Of a DNA stretch of 32,000 nucleotides, positions 1 to 7,685 are shown piece by piece. The position numbers were made by a program, and so were the translations under genes. The notes beneath the pieces were generated by a model that saw only the letters and a list, made by a program, of their open reading frames with translations, made no database searches and had not been told where the DNA came from. Each line of letters starts with the position of its first letter. The first letter of the stretch is position 1. This DNA comes from Candidatus Syntropharchaeum caldarium. GTDB taxonomy: Archaea > Halobacteriota > Syntropharchaeia > Syntropharchaeales > Syntropharchaeaceae. The DNA is taken from contig LYOS01000004.1 in the NCBI GenBank assembly GCA_001766815.1, positions 43,610 to 75,609 of the forward strand. Reading direction: 5' to 3'.

Positions 1-1011
1 GTGAATGACTGGTTGAAACAGCAGATTGCTGTGGTTGTGAAATCGAGGTCTGGTGGTACAGGATCGTACTCGATCATCAGGGTTGTTTCGTTGTAGCAGT
101 GCCCATCAAATACTGTCAAGGTTGCATTTACCGTCTGATTTACCCATATCGTCACGACCTCACCGGTCATGTTATCATGCCAGTCATCAAATGACCATGT
201 ATAGGTGATGGTTCGATTTCCGAGAGGATCAGCATGTGAGCCTGTGCCGCTAAGTTCGACCCAGGATGGGACACCAAGATGTGTTTGATTTGCTGTTGCA
301 GAGACGGCTGGACCACGGTCGACGTAGATCGTATGCTGAACTGTTGCACACTCATCGTTATCGAGTCTGCATCCTGTAAAGTTGACGAGGTAATAGCCTC
401 CCTCGCTGTACTGATGCGTGATGTTCATACATGCTGGATCACAGTGTGTGCTATCTCCATCTCCAAACTCCCATGTGCAGTTCCTGAGGGTTGCGTTTGT
501 TGTTGCAGTGAATGACTGGTTATGACAGCAGATAGCCTCTGTTGTGAAATCGAGGTCTGGTGGTACAGGATCGTACTCGATCATCAGGGTTGTTTCGTTG
601 TAGCAGTGCCCATCAAATACGGTTAAGGTTGCGTTGACAGTTGTATTGACAAGGATCGTCACGACCTCACCGGTCATGTTATCATGCCAGTCATCAAATG
701 ACCAGGTATAGGTGATGGTTCGATTTCCGAGAGGATCGGCATGTGAGCCAGTGCCGTTAAGTTCGATCCAGGATGGGACACCAAGATGTGTTTGATTTGC
801 TGTTGCAGAAACGGCTGGACCACGGTCGACGTAGATCTGCTTCTGGGTGAAACCATACATTCCATTGCTCCTGTATCCTGAGAAGTTAACTTTGTAGTAT
901 CCACCTGCTGCATACTGATGCGTTGTGTTCATACATGCTGGATCACAATTCACCACGTCTCCATCCCCAAACTCCCATGTGCAATTTGCAAGCTCAAGAT
1001 CTGTTGTACCG
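1..1011 (-). repeat. Intragenic tandem repeat: unit 1 = 1-507 (507 bp, 169 codons), unit 2 = 508-1011 (504 bp, 168 codons). A strongly diverged partial third copy starts at 1012.
   Basis: GTGAATGACTGGTT at 1 recurs at 508, and TGAATGA recurs at 2, 509 and 1013. Hand alignment of 61-330 against 568-837 gives 19 mismatches in 270 nt, 11 of them clustered in 121-147. Confidence 0.9.
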
Positions 1012-1847
1012 TTGAATGAGATATTGTAACAGCAGATATCCTGAGCGGTGAAGTCGAGTTCAGGGGCGCGAATGTCGAGTTCGTTCTCAAGGTAATCTTC
1101 CCCTCCTACCCAAAAGGTGTAGTAATCTGCGTATCCATAGATGCGATAGTACCGCGGATTTGCAGGTGGAGTGAAGAGATCTGTAGCATTCTTCACACCG
1201 ATCTCAACAACATTGTTGTATGGATAATCAGTTCTGATTGCTGCCTCTACTCGATCACCTTCTCCATTTCCTACGAGTAGACCCTTCAGGTAATCTTTAA
1301 CGATCCCTTCTCCGACCAGGCCATTGTTATTGTCTGATGATGCTAAAAATGTACCTGAACTGACAAAATACTTAATAAATGCACTGTTATTGGTATATTC
1401 AATGCGCAGATCAAACCCCCCCACAACTCCTGGAAAGACCCAGCCAGTGCTTGTATTCAGATCGGTGTCGATGAAGATGGTGTATATTTCATCCTCGTTT
1501 ACCCCCCAGCGATCGGTCCAGTATGTTCCTGTATGCGGGTTGCCATCATCGTCAGAATCGCCTGCAATCCCGTAGACATCATACCTGAAGTAGAGCGTAT
1601 CCCAGCCTTCCCTGCCATCATAATACTGGTATAATGCCTTGATATCATAACCATCTGGAACGCCACTCTCATTCACGTCATCCATCACTTTTAGATTTGG
1701 GTTCCAGTCGTCATCTCCAATTCCATCCACCGTGATGATAGGATCTCCTCTTGTATCACCAGAGACTGGCGCTACTATACTGCTAAAAAAAGCGATAATA
1801 ATGATACTGATCAATAACAGCGATATATTTTTCCTATAATTACTCAA
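1..1847 (-). CDS. Secreted/cell-surface protein with tandem PKD (Ig-like) domain pairs. The 5' end is in the window and the 3' end runs off the left edge (partial).
   Basis: Line-by-line hand translation of the minus strand is open from TTG 1847 to base 1 (more than 610 codons). A GGTGGTGG SD-like motif lies just upstream; in-frame GTG 1856/1859 are alternative starts. The gene is absent from the ORF track only because no stop lies inside the window. The N-terminus LSNYRKNISLLLISIIIIAFFSSIVAPVSG is signal/anchor-like. PKD-type motifs CTWEFGDGD..CDPACMN and YTWSFDDWHDN recur. N-x-S/T sequons are abundant. Confidence 0.8.
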   Translation of the reverse strand, partial: MSNYRKNISLLLISIIIIAFFSSIVAPVSGDTRGDPIITVDGIGDDDWNPNLKVMDDVNESGVPDGYDIKALYQYYDGREGWDTLYFRYDVYGIAGDSDDDGNPHTGTYWTDRWGVNEDEIYTIFIDTDLNTSTGWVFPGVVGGFDLRIEYTNNSAFIKYFVSSGTFLASSDNNNGLVGEGIVKDYLKGLLVGNGEGDRVEAAIRTDYPYNNVVEIGVKNATDLFTPPANPRYYRIYGYADYYTFWVGGEDYLENELDIRAPELDFTAQDICCYNISFNGTTDLELANCTWEFGDGDVVNCDPACMNTTHQYAAGGYYKVNFSGYRSNGMYGFTQKQIYVDRGPAVSATANQTHLGVPSWIELNGTGSHADPLGNRTITYTWSFDDWHDNMTGEVVTILVNTTVNATLTVFDGHCYNETTLMIEYDPVPPDLDFTTEAICCHNQSFTATTNATLRNCTWEFGDGDSTHCDPACMNITHQYSEGGYYLVNFTGCRLDNDECATVQHTIYVDRGPAVSATANQTHLGVPSWVELSGTGSHADPLGNRTITYTWSFDDWHDNMTGEVVTIWVNQTVNATLTVFDGHCYNETTLMIEYDPVPPDLDFTTTAICCFNQSF

Positions 1848-1978
1848 AATTACCACCACCTCATCTGAAAGTATTTTATCCAAATTCGATTAAGGTAGCT
1901 TTTGATTCATACTATATAATTTTTTGGATTGCTGGATTCAACCACTAAAATATATAAAAAATCTTTAAATGATCTATT

Positions 1979-2413
1979 CTACCCCTTCCGCGGATTGCCA
2001 CCCGACTCAAACTCCAGCATCCGCTGTTTTGCATCCTCTGGTATCGGTACACTTCTTTTCTTCTCGTAGTCATAGGCGACCGCGGTTGAGTACCCTGTTG
2101 CAACAACTTTATCAGTGCCTGCAAGAAGCATCAGATATTCAAACCTGAAGCTCTTATTACCATGTTTAGCTATCCTCACATAAAGATCAACTCGATCATG
2201 GAAGGTGATCGCCTTTTCATACTTGCAGTAATTATCCAGAATTATGAAACTTACCGGGGAATCACCTGGAGTCAGGAAGTTAAGTGCCTTGCAGTATTCA
2301 AATCGCCCTTCTTCAAAATATCTGAGGTAGATCACATTGTTCACATGACCCAGATAGTCAACATCCCCATATCTTGGCTTGATATGTATGGAAAAGTTGA
2401 AACCTTCAACCAT
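1979..2413 (-). CDS. Acyl-CoA thioesterase, 4HBT/YbgC hotdog-fold family
   Basis: The motif YGDVDYLGHVNNVIYLRYFEEGR is typical of YbgC/4-hydroxybenzoyl-CoA thioesterases. The track start 2422 is TTG; I prefer ATG 2413 (MVEGFNF...). Confidence 0.75.
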   Translation of the reverse strand: MVEGFNFSIHIKPRYGDVDYLGHVNNVIYLRYFEEGRFEYCKALNFLTPGDSPVSFIILDNYCKYEKAITFHDRVDLYVRIAKHGNKSFRFEYLMLLAGTDKVVATGYSTAVAYDYEKKRSVPIPEDAKQRMLEFESGGNPRKG

Positions 2414-2453
2414 GTGTCTCAATTAACTTCCTGATACTTATCAGTTTTTCTCT

Positions 2454-2882
2454 TCAATCGAGTTTTGCACCACACATAGGACAGTATGACCAGGATACAT
2501 CACAGAACGCATTGCACGCTTTACAGACCTTCTTAAGCCCGGCATTCTCGGTATCTTTTACCTCACCGCTCAGGTTATGTACATTATAAAGAGGTTCATG
2601 TTCCTGGAGGTATGGTTTGAGATTTTCAAGGACAATGCTCGCCTCCTTTTTTATTAGGTCCAGCTCGTTTGCATCATTGGCAATCTCACTGATCGTTCTG
2701 CAGAGATCTTCGAAGAAGAGTGGATCATGTGCTGCCAGAGATTCAACATTCAGCTTATGATTCGAGATGCTCATCGAGAGAAACTTCACTGACATGAACC
2801 GCGTTGATTGCAGTTCATCGGTCAGCCTATCAAGAAAATTAACTTTCTCCGCTGCACTGAAGATTTCATCAGTGTATGCCAT
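2454..2882 (-). CDS. Hypothetical helical protein with a C-terminal zinc ribbon
   Basis: The C-terminus reads CKACNAFCDVSWSYCPMCGAKLD (CxxC...CxxC). Internal ATG 2882 is preceded by GGGGAG, so I prefer it over the track start 2915. No family is recognisable. Confidence 0.55.
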   Translation of the reverse strand: MAYTDEIFSAAEKVNFLDRLTDELQSTRFMSVKFLSMSISNHKLNVESLAAHDPLFFEDLCRTISEIANDANELDLIKKEASIVLENLKPYLQEHEPLYNVHNLSGEVKDTENAGLKKVCKACNAFCDVSWSYCPMCGAKLD

Positions 2883-2940
2883 TTTCTCCCCTTCATCTCT
2901 ACTTACTCCATGCACCTTTAAATATCTTCTTCAGCAGAAG

Positions 2941-3513
2941 TCAGTTTTTACCCATGAATATACGCTTTGAATCGATTACAAGCGAGATTACAAGAAATAC
3001 AAGTATGAAACCACTCAGATAATATCTGAAAACAGGATTAAACTCGATGAATGCATGAGTCAGGATACCAATCTTCGGGATCATCAGTGGATGACCAAAT
3101 ATCTGTGGTACAAACCCGTATATTGCTTTTGATTCTATGACTTCCATCCCCATTTCCTGATCGGGTCTCTCTATGTTATCTCCCTTCGTGATATATCCAT
3201 TATTTTCATCTAAAATATCATATACACGGTGCATAACCATATATCTGGTCCTATCACTCCTGAAAACGATGATATCTCCCCTCTCGGGTTCACCCATGAT
3301 CGTGGAGATGTAAGGTACGACCACCACGATATCTTCTTCGGTTATCAGAGGTTCCATCGAGCTTCCGTGTATTGCATCAAGCCCCCAGGGCAATCCAACC
3401 GCGTGTGAAACCACTGAAAAGATTGCAAATATTGTAACAACCCATGAGAGTACATAGATTATCCTCAATTCCTCACCACCTCTATACCACCAGTCTCTGT
3501 TATCTGTGTACAT
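2941..3513 (-). CDS. Signal peptidase I, archaeal/eukaryal Sec11 type (S26B)
   Basis: Motifs present: GSSMEP (Ser nucleophile), GDIIVF, HRV (His base), TKGDNIERPD. An N-terminal TM segment follows MYTDNRDWW. The track start 3615 (TTG) lies inside the upstream permease gene, so ATG 3513 is preferred. Confidence 0.8.
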   Translation of the reverse strand: MYTDNRDWWYRGGEELRIIYVLSWVVTIFAIFSVVSHAVGLPWGLDAIHGSSMEPLITEEDIVVVVPYISTIMGEPERGDIIVFRSDRTRYMVMHRVYDILDENNGYITKGDNIERPDQEMGMEVIESKAIYGFVPQIFGHPLMIPKIGILTHAFIEFNPVFRYYLSGFILVFLVISLVIDSKRIFMGKN

Positions 3514-3571
3514 TACTTTAAGTTCAATCCACACAAAAAAGAGCGGGCTGTGCACACAACAACTCAATTGC

Positions 3572-4366
3572 TCAATCCACTTCGGTGTATTTGAACAGGT
3601 ATGAGCCGAGCACAAGCATGATGAGTGAACTTAAAACGAGTGCAAAGAGATCGATAAGTAATGGGAGATCAAATGCCCCTGTTAAACATCCTCGAAGCCC
3701 ATCCACGCCATATGTTAGTGGATCGAGAAGTGCAAGTATTCTTACCCATGAAGGGAAGTTATCTATAGGAAATAACGCACCTGAGAGGAAGAAGAGAGGG
3801 AAGATAACGAAGTTCATGATGATCGAGTAACCCGACATATCTTCCATGCATGATGCAAATGCGATACCCAGTGCAATGAATGTCGTTGCGATGAGAACCA
3901 TAAAGACAAATGCCATGACCACGCCGATAACTATTCCGCTGGTGCTTGCGTCACCATAGATGCCGCGCAGGTTGAAACCAAGCGGGACTGAGAGCACGAG
4001 GATGATCAGTGCTTCCATGATGGCAGTTGTCGCACCACCTGCAATTCGTCCGATCAGGATTGAGATTCGACTGACAGGCGTCACCATGATCTCCTTGAGA
4101 AAGCCAAACTCTTTATCCCAGAGGACTGATATACCGGTAAAGGTCGATGAGAAGAGGAGGAGCATACCGATAATTCCAGGTGTTAAAAAACTCGTATAAT
4201 CGAGATCGCCATTCAGGAAAGCTGTATCATCAAAACCCATGCTTAAAAACGCAAGAAAGAAGAATGGCATCCCCAGTGATCCAATAACGCGACTTTTCAT
4301 CCTGAAAAATCTCAGCATCTCCCTGAGCCAGAGGGTATAGATCGCCTGCAGGTTTATCAACTTCAT
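3572..4366 (-). CDS. ABC-2 type transporter permease
   Basis: 264 aa with about 6 predicted hydrophobic helices and an ABC-2-like N-terminus (LWLREMLRFFR). It starts 1 nt after the stop of the ATPase gene. Confidence 0.8.
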   Translation of the reverse strand: MKLINLQAIYTLWLREMLRFFRMKSRVIGSLGMPFFFLAFLSMGFDDTAFLNGDLDYTSFLTPGIIGMLLLFSSTFTGISVLWDKEFGFLKEIMVTPVSRISILIGRIAGGATTAIMEALIILVLSVPLGFNLRGIYGDASTSGIVIGVVMAFVFMVLIATTFIALGIAFASCMEDMSGYSIIMNFVIFPLFFLSGALFPIDNFPSWVRILALLDPLTYGVDGLRGCLTGAFDLPLLIDLFALVLSSLIMLVLGSYLFKYTEVD

Positions 4367-4367
4367 G

Positions 4368-5189
4368 TTATCGCCTCTTCATCCGCCACTGCCGCATGAT
4401 GCGTCTTGCATGTTGCTGCTCGTTCCCACTCTCATCGCGTATCTCCTTACCTGTAAAATGAAGAAAGACATCCTCCAGTGATGGGTTTTTGTTCTTCTCA
4501 GATCTTACCTGGGCTTTCAGATTTTCAGGCGTATCGGTGATGATAATCTTTCCGTGATCGATGATCGCCACCCTGTTACAGAGAAAGTCTGCCTCTTCCA
4601 TGTAGTGTGTTGTCAGAACGATTGTAACATGCTCACATTCATTCATCTTTTTTACATAGTCCCAGATATGTCTGCGCGTCTGTGCGTCAAGCCCGAGCGT
4701 TGGCTCATCGAGAAAGAGAACATTTGGGTGATGCATCAGTCCCCTTGCAATCTCGAGCCGCCGCTGCATTCCACCTGAGTATTTCCCAACAAGAATATCG
4801 GCTTTATCCTCCAGCTCCACGAGTTCCAGCACCTCTCTGATCCGTCGATCTCGTGTGGCACGATCAAGCCCATACATCCGTGCATGGAAATCGAGGTTCT
4901 CCCTGCCTGTGAGCCTGTTATCTACACTTGGATCCTGGAATACAACGCCTATGTGTGCCCTCAGCATATCCTGATCCTTGAGGATGTCGTAACCCCAGAC
5001 CTTTGCGGTTCCAGAGGTTGGTTTGAGAAGTGTGGTAAGTATCTTAACCAGTGTTGTCTTACCTGCCCCATTTGGACCTAAAAGACCGAACAACTCTCCT
5101 CTCTGGATCTCAAGGTTCACATGATCAACCGCTGTTATTCCATCAAACACTTTGAGAAGATCAGTGGTCACGATCGCAGGCTCCACCAT
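4368..5189 (-). CDS. ABC transporter ATP-binding protein (DrrA/ABC-2 exporter type)
   Basis: Walker A GPNGAGKTT, signature YSGGMQRRLEIA, Walker B LFLDEPTLGLD, and an H-loop (TTHYMEEA). Confidence 0.9.
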   Translation of the reverse strand: MVEPAIVTTDLLKVFDGITAVDHVNLEIQRGELFGLLGPNGAGKTTLVKILTTLLKPTSGTAKVWGYDILKDQDMLRAHIGVVFQDPSVDNRLTGRENLDFHARMYGLDRATRDRRIREVLELVELEDKADILVGKYSGGMQRRLEIARGLMHHPNVLFLDEPTLGLDAQTRRHIWDYVKKMNECEHVTIVLTTHYMEEADFLCNRVAIIDHGKIIITDTPENLKAQVRSEKNKNPSLEDVFLHFTGKEIRDESGNEQQHARRIMRQWRMKRR

Positions 5190-5237
5190 GAAAAGTAGAG
5201 GTTGTCCTGGTGTTATGAAACTTTCGTTATCCTCTGA

Positions 5238-5363
5238 CTATCCATCCAGCCACTCGAGCATCTCCTCATTGGTCAGGACATAACAGCATTTGGTGCATAC
5301 CGCTCGGTTGGTGACACTGCAAACATCATCTCCAAGCGGATGACCACATACTGGACAATCCAT
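5238..5363 (-). CDS. Small (41 aa) zinc-ribbon protein, below the ORF-track length cutoff
   Basis: ATG 5363 is preceded by GGAGGTGGG. The translation is MDCPVCGHPLGDDVCSVTNRAVCTKCCYVLTNEEMLEWLDG, ending at TAG 5240-5238. It contains CxxC and CxxCC pairs. Confidence 0.45.
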   Translation of the reverse strand: MDCPVCGHPLGDDVCSVTNRAVCTKCCYVLTNEEMLEWLDG

Positions 5364-5407
5364 AGCCCACCTCCATTTTTATAACATTATTTATCGGCTG
5401 GCATATA

Positions 5408-7318
5408 TCAATTTCGTCCTGCACCGGGTCTTACGGTCATTCGCCATGCCCCCATCCCTTCATCGATGATCTCAAAGTCCTGGATTACGAGTTCACCCTT
5501 GAAGTTTGGACCTGCAATAACAAGGCTCTCAAACTCACCCCCCTCTCCCGCAATATTTATCCCATATCGCTCATTGAGTTCAACGAGACGATCTATATCT
5601 GTATCATCTATTTGCCGTCCAATCCACGAATCATCAAGTCCTTCTGCTGCAACGGCGGTGAATATAAACTTGAACCCGGCTCTAAGGATCTCACGCATCT
5701 CATGTTCCTGATCGATATGCCAGAGCGGTGAGAAGACCTTCAAACCAAGCCTATCTGCAATCATCTCGATCCGATCTCGCTGATAATTTGAGTAGAGCGC
5801 ACCTGTAACAATCCCTTCAATCTTATACTCTTCTCTCCCTTGTAACAGGGCTTTTTCAAGATCTTGAAGCTCAGACCCCTCCTCTCCATCGGTCTCTGCA
5901 ATGATAAGTGGTATTCCAAGAAGCTTTGCCTGATCTGGTACAAGATCGATCGCAGGGGTATGGAACATGTAGGAGGAAGGATTTTTGCTCCTGAGTGTGA
6001 TCAGGCATTCCACAGAATAGTTCTGCATCTGCATCAGATACATCGCGTACGTACTATCTTTTCCCGAGCTGTAGAGCACCCCAAGTCTCAGATTCTCTCT
6101 TCCCAGAAATTGCCTGAGATACTGGCTTTTTGAGCGGTAACCGTTCTTACGAGCAAGCTTTGCGATGGTGCGGTCAAAACCACTTCCATACTGTGCAGCA
6201 GTCTTCTTCCTGAATGCAAATGCCTCATCGAGACCAATTTCAACTGCAACCTCTCTCAGGATCACTTTATGGAGGTTACCTCTTATTTTAAGTTCTGGCG
6301 GGATTTTAAGTGCGTATTCGATGAGTTCAGGATCGAGAAATGGCATCAAAAACTCCACGCCTTCATTTGCTGCTATTACATCATCCCTGTATCCATTTCG
6401 CTCATAATATGAGAGCATATCAGAGAAACAATCTCTATTCAAATCTTTTGATTCAATGTGTCTTCCATATCCTCCAAAAAGCTCATCAGCTCCATTTCCA
6501 ACAAATATCTTTGTTATTCCATCCTTTTTAGCCCTGCGTGCTGCTATAAGAATCGGCAAACCAACACCAGCCTTCATCGCACTCGAATCCTCAACAAGCT
6601 CAATAATTTCGGGCAGATAGGATTCTACGTCATCGGTATCAACCTCAATCACAGAAAGATTTAATCCATGCTTCCTGGCTGCTTCTCTTGCAAATTCTAC
6701 GTCTTTTGCACCACTTATGCCTGCACAGTAGCATGTAAATCGCTCTGCCCCAGCGATCTGCTTAAGACAAACTGCAAGAAGTGTTGAATCAACCCCTCCT
6801 GAGAGAAGAAGACCGAAATGCTCATCTGGAATATTTGATTTGATAGATCTAAGTATAAGTGCTTTAAGATCGCTTTTTATCGCATCTCTCTCCTTTTGAT
6901 GCTCCGCTCCTTGTGGAAAAAACTCTTTGTGAGTTCGTGTAGCCTCACCTTCCATAATATCGTAGGATATGATTTCTCGTGGGTTCAGCTCAAACGTATC
7001 GTTAAATCCAAGTTTTAGAAGCACTTTTCGCTCGGATGAAACCGCAAAACCATCTGACAAGCTGTAAAAAAGTGGTTTAACTCCAATTATATCTCGTTCT
7101 ATCGTTACCTTTTCTCCCTGCCACCTAACCATAGCATATCCCGCTCTGGATCGATCTTCCGCGATTACAGAATCTTCTCTGAAGTACACATCCCCGAGCG
7201 CTGATCTATCCTCACCATAGATCTCTGGCGAATCGACCCTGCTTGCAATAATCTTCAGGCCTTCTGATACAAGTTTGGGGGCAAAATCATGATTAAAGAC
7301 TCCAACAATGCCTGTCAT
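5408..7318 (-). CDS. Fusion protein: asparagine-synthase-like domain (aa 1-~410) plus Dph6/MJ0570-type diphthine-ammonia-ligase-like PP-loop domain (aa ~411-636)
   Basis: AsnB signatures: RDIIGVKPLFYS, LLLSGGVDST (6785-6802), GNGADELFGGY. Dph6/DUF71 signatures: VLYSSGKDSTYAMY and GEGGEFESLV. The N-terminus is MTGIVGVF (Thr where AsnB has the catalytic Cys2). The SD GGGGGTGA is formed by the end of the upstream PIN gene. Confidence 0.8.
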   Translation of the reverse strand: MTGIVGVFNHDFAPKLVSEGLKIIASRVDSPEIYGEDRSALGDVYFREDSVIAEDRSRAGYAMVRWQGEKVTIERDIIGVKPLFYSLSDGFAVSSERKVLLKLGFNDTFELNPREIISYDIMEGEATRTHKEFFPQGAEHQKERDAIKSDLKALILRSIKSNIPDEHFGLLLSGGVDSTLLAVCLKQIAGAERFTCYCAGISGAKDVEFAREAARKHGLNLSVIEVDTDDVESYLPEIIELVEDSSAMKAGVGLPILIAARRAKKDGITKIFVGNGADELFGGYGRHIESKDLNRDCFSDMLSYYERNGYRDDVIAANEGVEFLMPFLDPELIEYALKIPPELKIRGNLHKVILREVAVEIGLDEAFAFRKKTAAQYGSGFDRTIAKLARKNGYRSKSQYLRQFLGRENLRLGVLYSSGKDSTYAMYLMQMQNYSVECLITLRSKNPSSYMFHTPAIDLVPDQAKLLGIPLIIAETDGEEGSELQDLEKALLQGREEYKIEGIVTGALYSNYQRDRIEMIADRLGLKVFSPLWHIDQEHEMREILRAGFKFIFTAVAAEGLDDSWIGRQIDDTDIDRLVELNERYGINIAGEGGEFESLVIAGPNFKGELVIQDFEIIDEGMGAWRMTVRPGAGRN

Positions 7319-7322
7319 TCAT

Positions 7323-7685
7323 TCACCCCCTCTCGAATAGGTACTTCTTCTGCCTGAGTGATACAACACGAACTCCTTTCTCTCTCAGACGCTCTGAAAG
7401 CTCACGGTCATTTGTGAGTACTGCCACCCCCTCCCGTGTAGCAATTTCGAGAATAATATCATCAGCTTTTCCTTTACCTTCAATCACTTTACATCTTTCA
7501 AGAAGGAGTCTGACAAGGTTCAACATCTCTCTGTCTCTACCTTTGAGTGTTTTTCGCAGTCCCTCGAGCTCATCACAGACTGCCTGGGGAACAAGATACT
7601 CAAGATAACCCAATCGCTCAAGCTCAGCAAAGATGTCAACCCACCTTATCATCAGAAGACCGCTCGTATCGAGGAGAACTTTCAC
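7323..7685 (-). CDS. PIN-domain protein (Fcf1/Utp24-like archaeal family commonly found next to aIF2-gamma)
   Basis: The acidic PIN residues are present: [32 protein letters not shown] 7685 forms a GTGA overlap with the aIF2-gamma stop, giving a typical ~120-aa PIN domain. Track start 7769 and ATG 7718 would overlap aIF2-gamma by 88 and 37 nt. Confidence 0.75.
   Translation of the reverse strand: MKVLLDTSGLLMIRWVDIFAELERLGYLEYLVPQAVCDELEGLRKTLKGRDREMLNLVRLLLERCKVIEGKGKADDIILEIATREGVAVLTNDRELSERLREKGVRVVSLRQKKYLFERG

Noticed and set aside
1-1075. Possibility that the repeat pair is a diversity-generating retroelement template/variable-region pair
   Set aside because: Mismatches between the units involve all four bases rather than being adenine-specific. 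The copies are adjacent, in-frame coding repeats. No reverse transcriptase gene is present in the window.
167-1575. Track ORFs 167-355(-), 279-515(+), 674-913(-) and 1324-1575(+)
   Set aside because: All lie inside the long minus-strand PKD-protein reading frame but in other frames or on the other strand. Two of them (167-355 and 674-913) are simply the same off-frame ORF copied by the tandem repeat. None has a recognisable motif.
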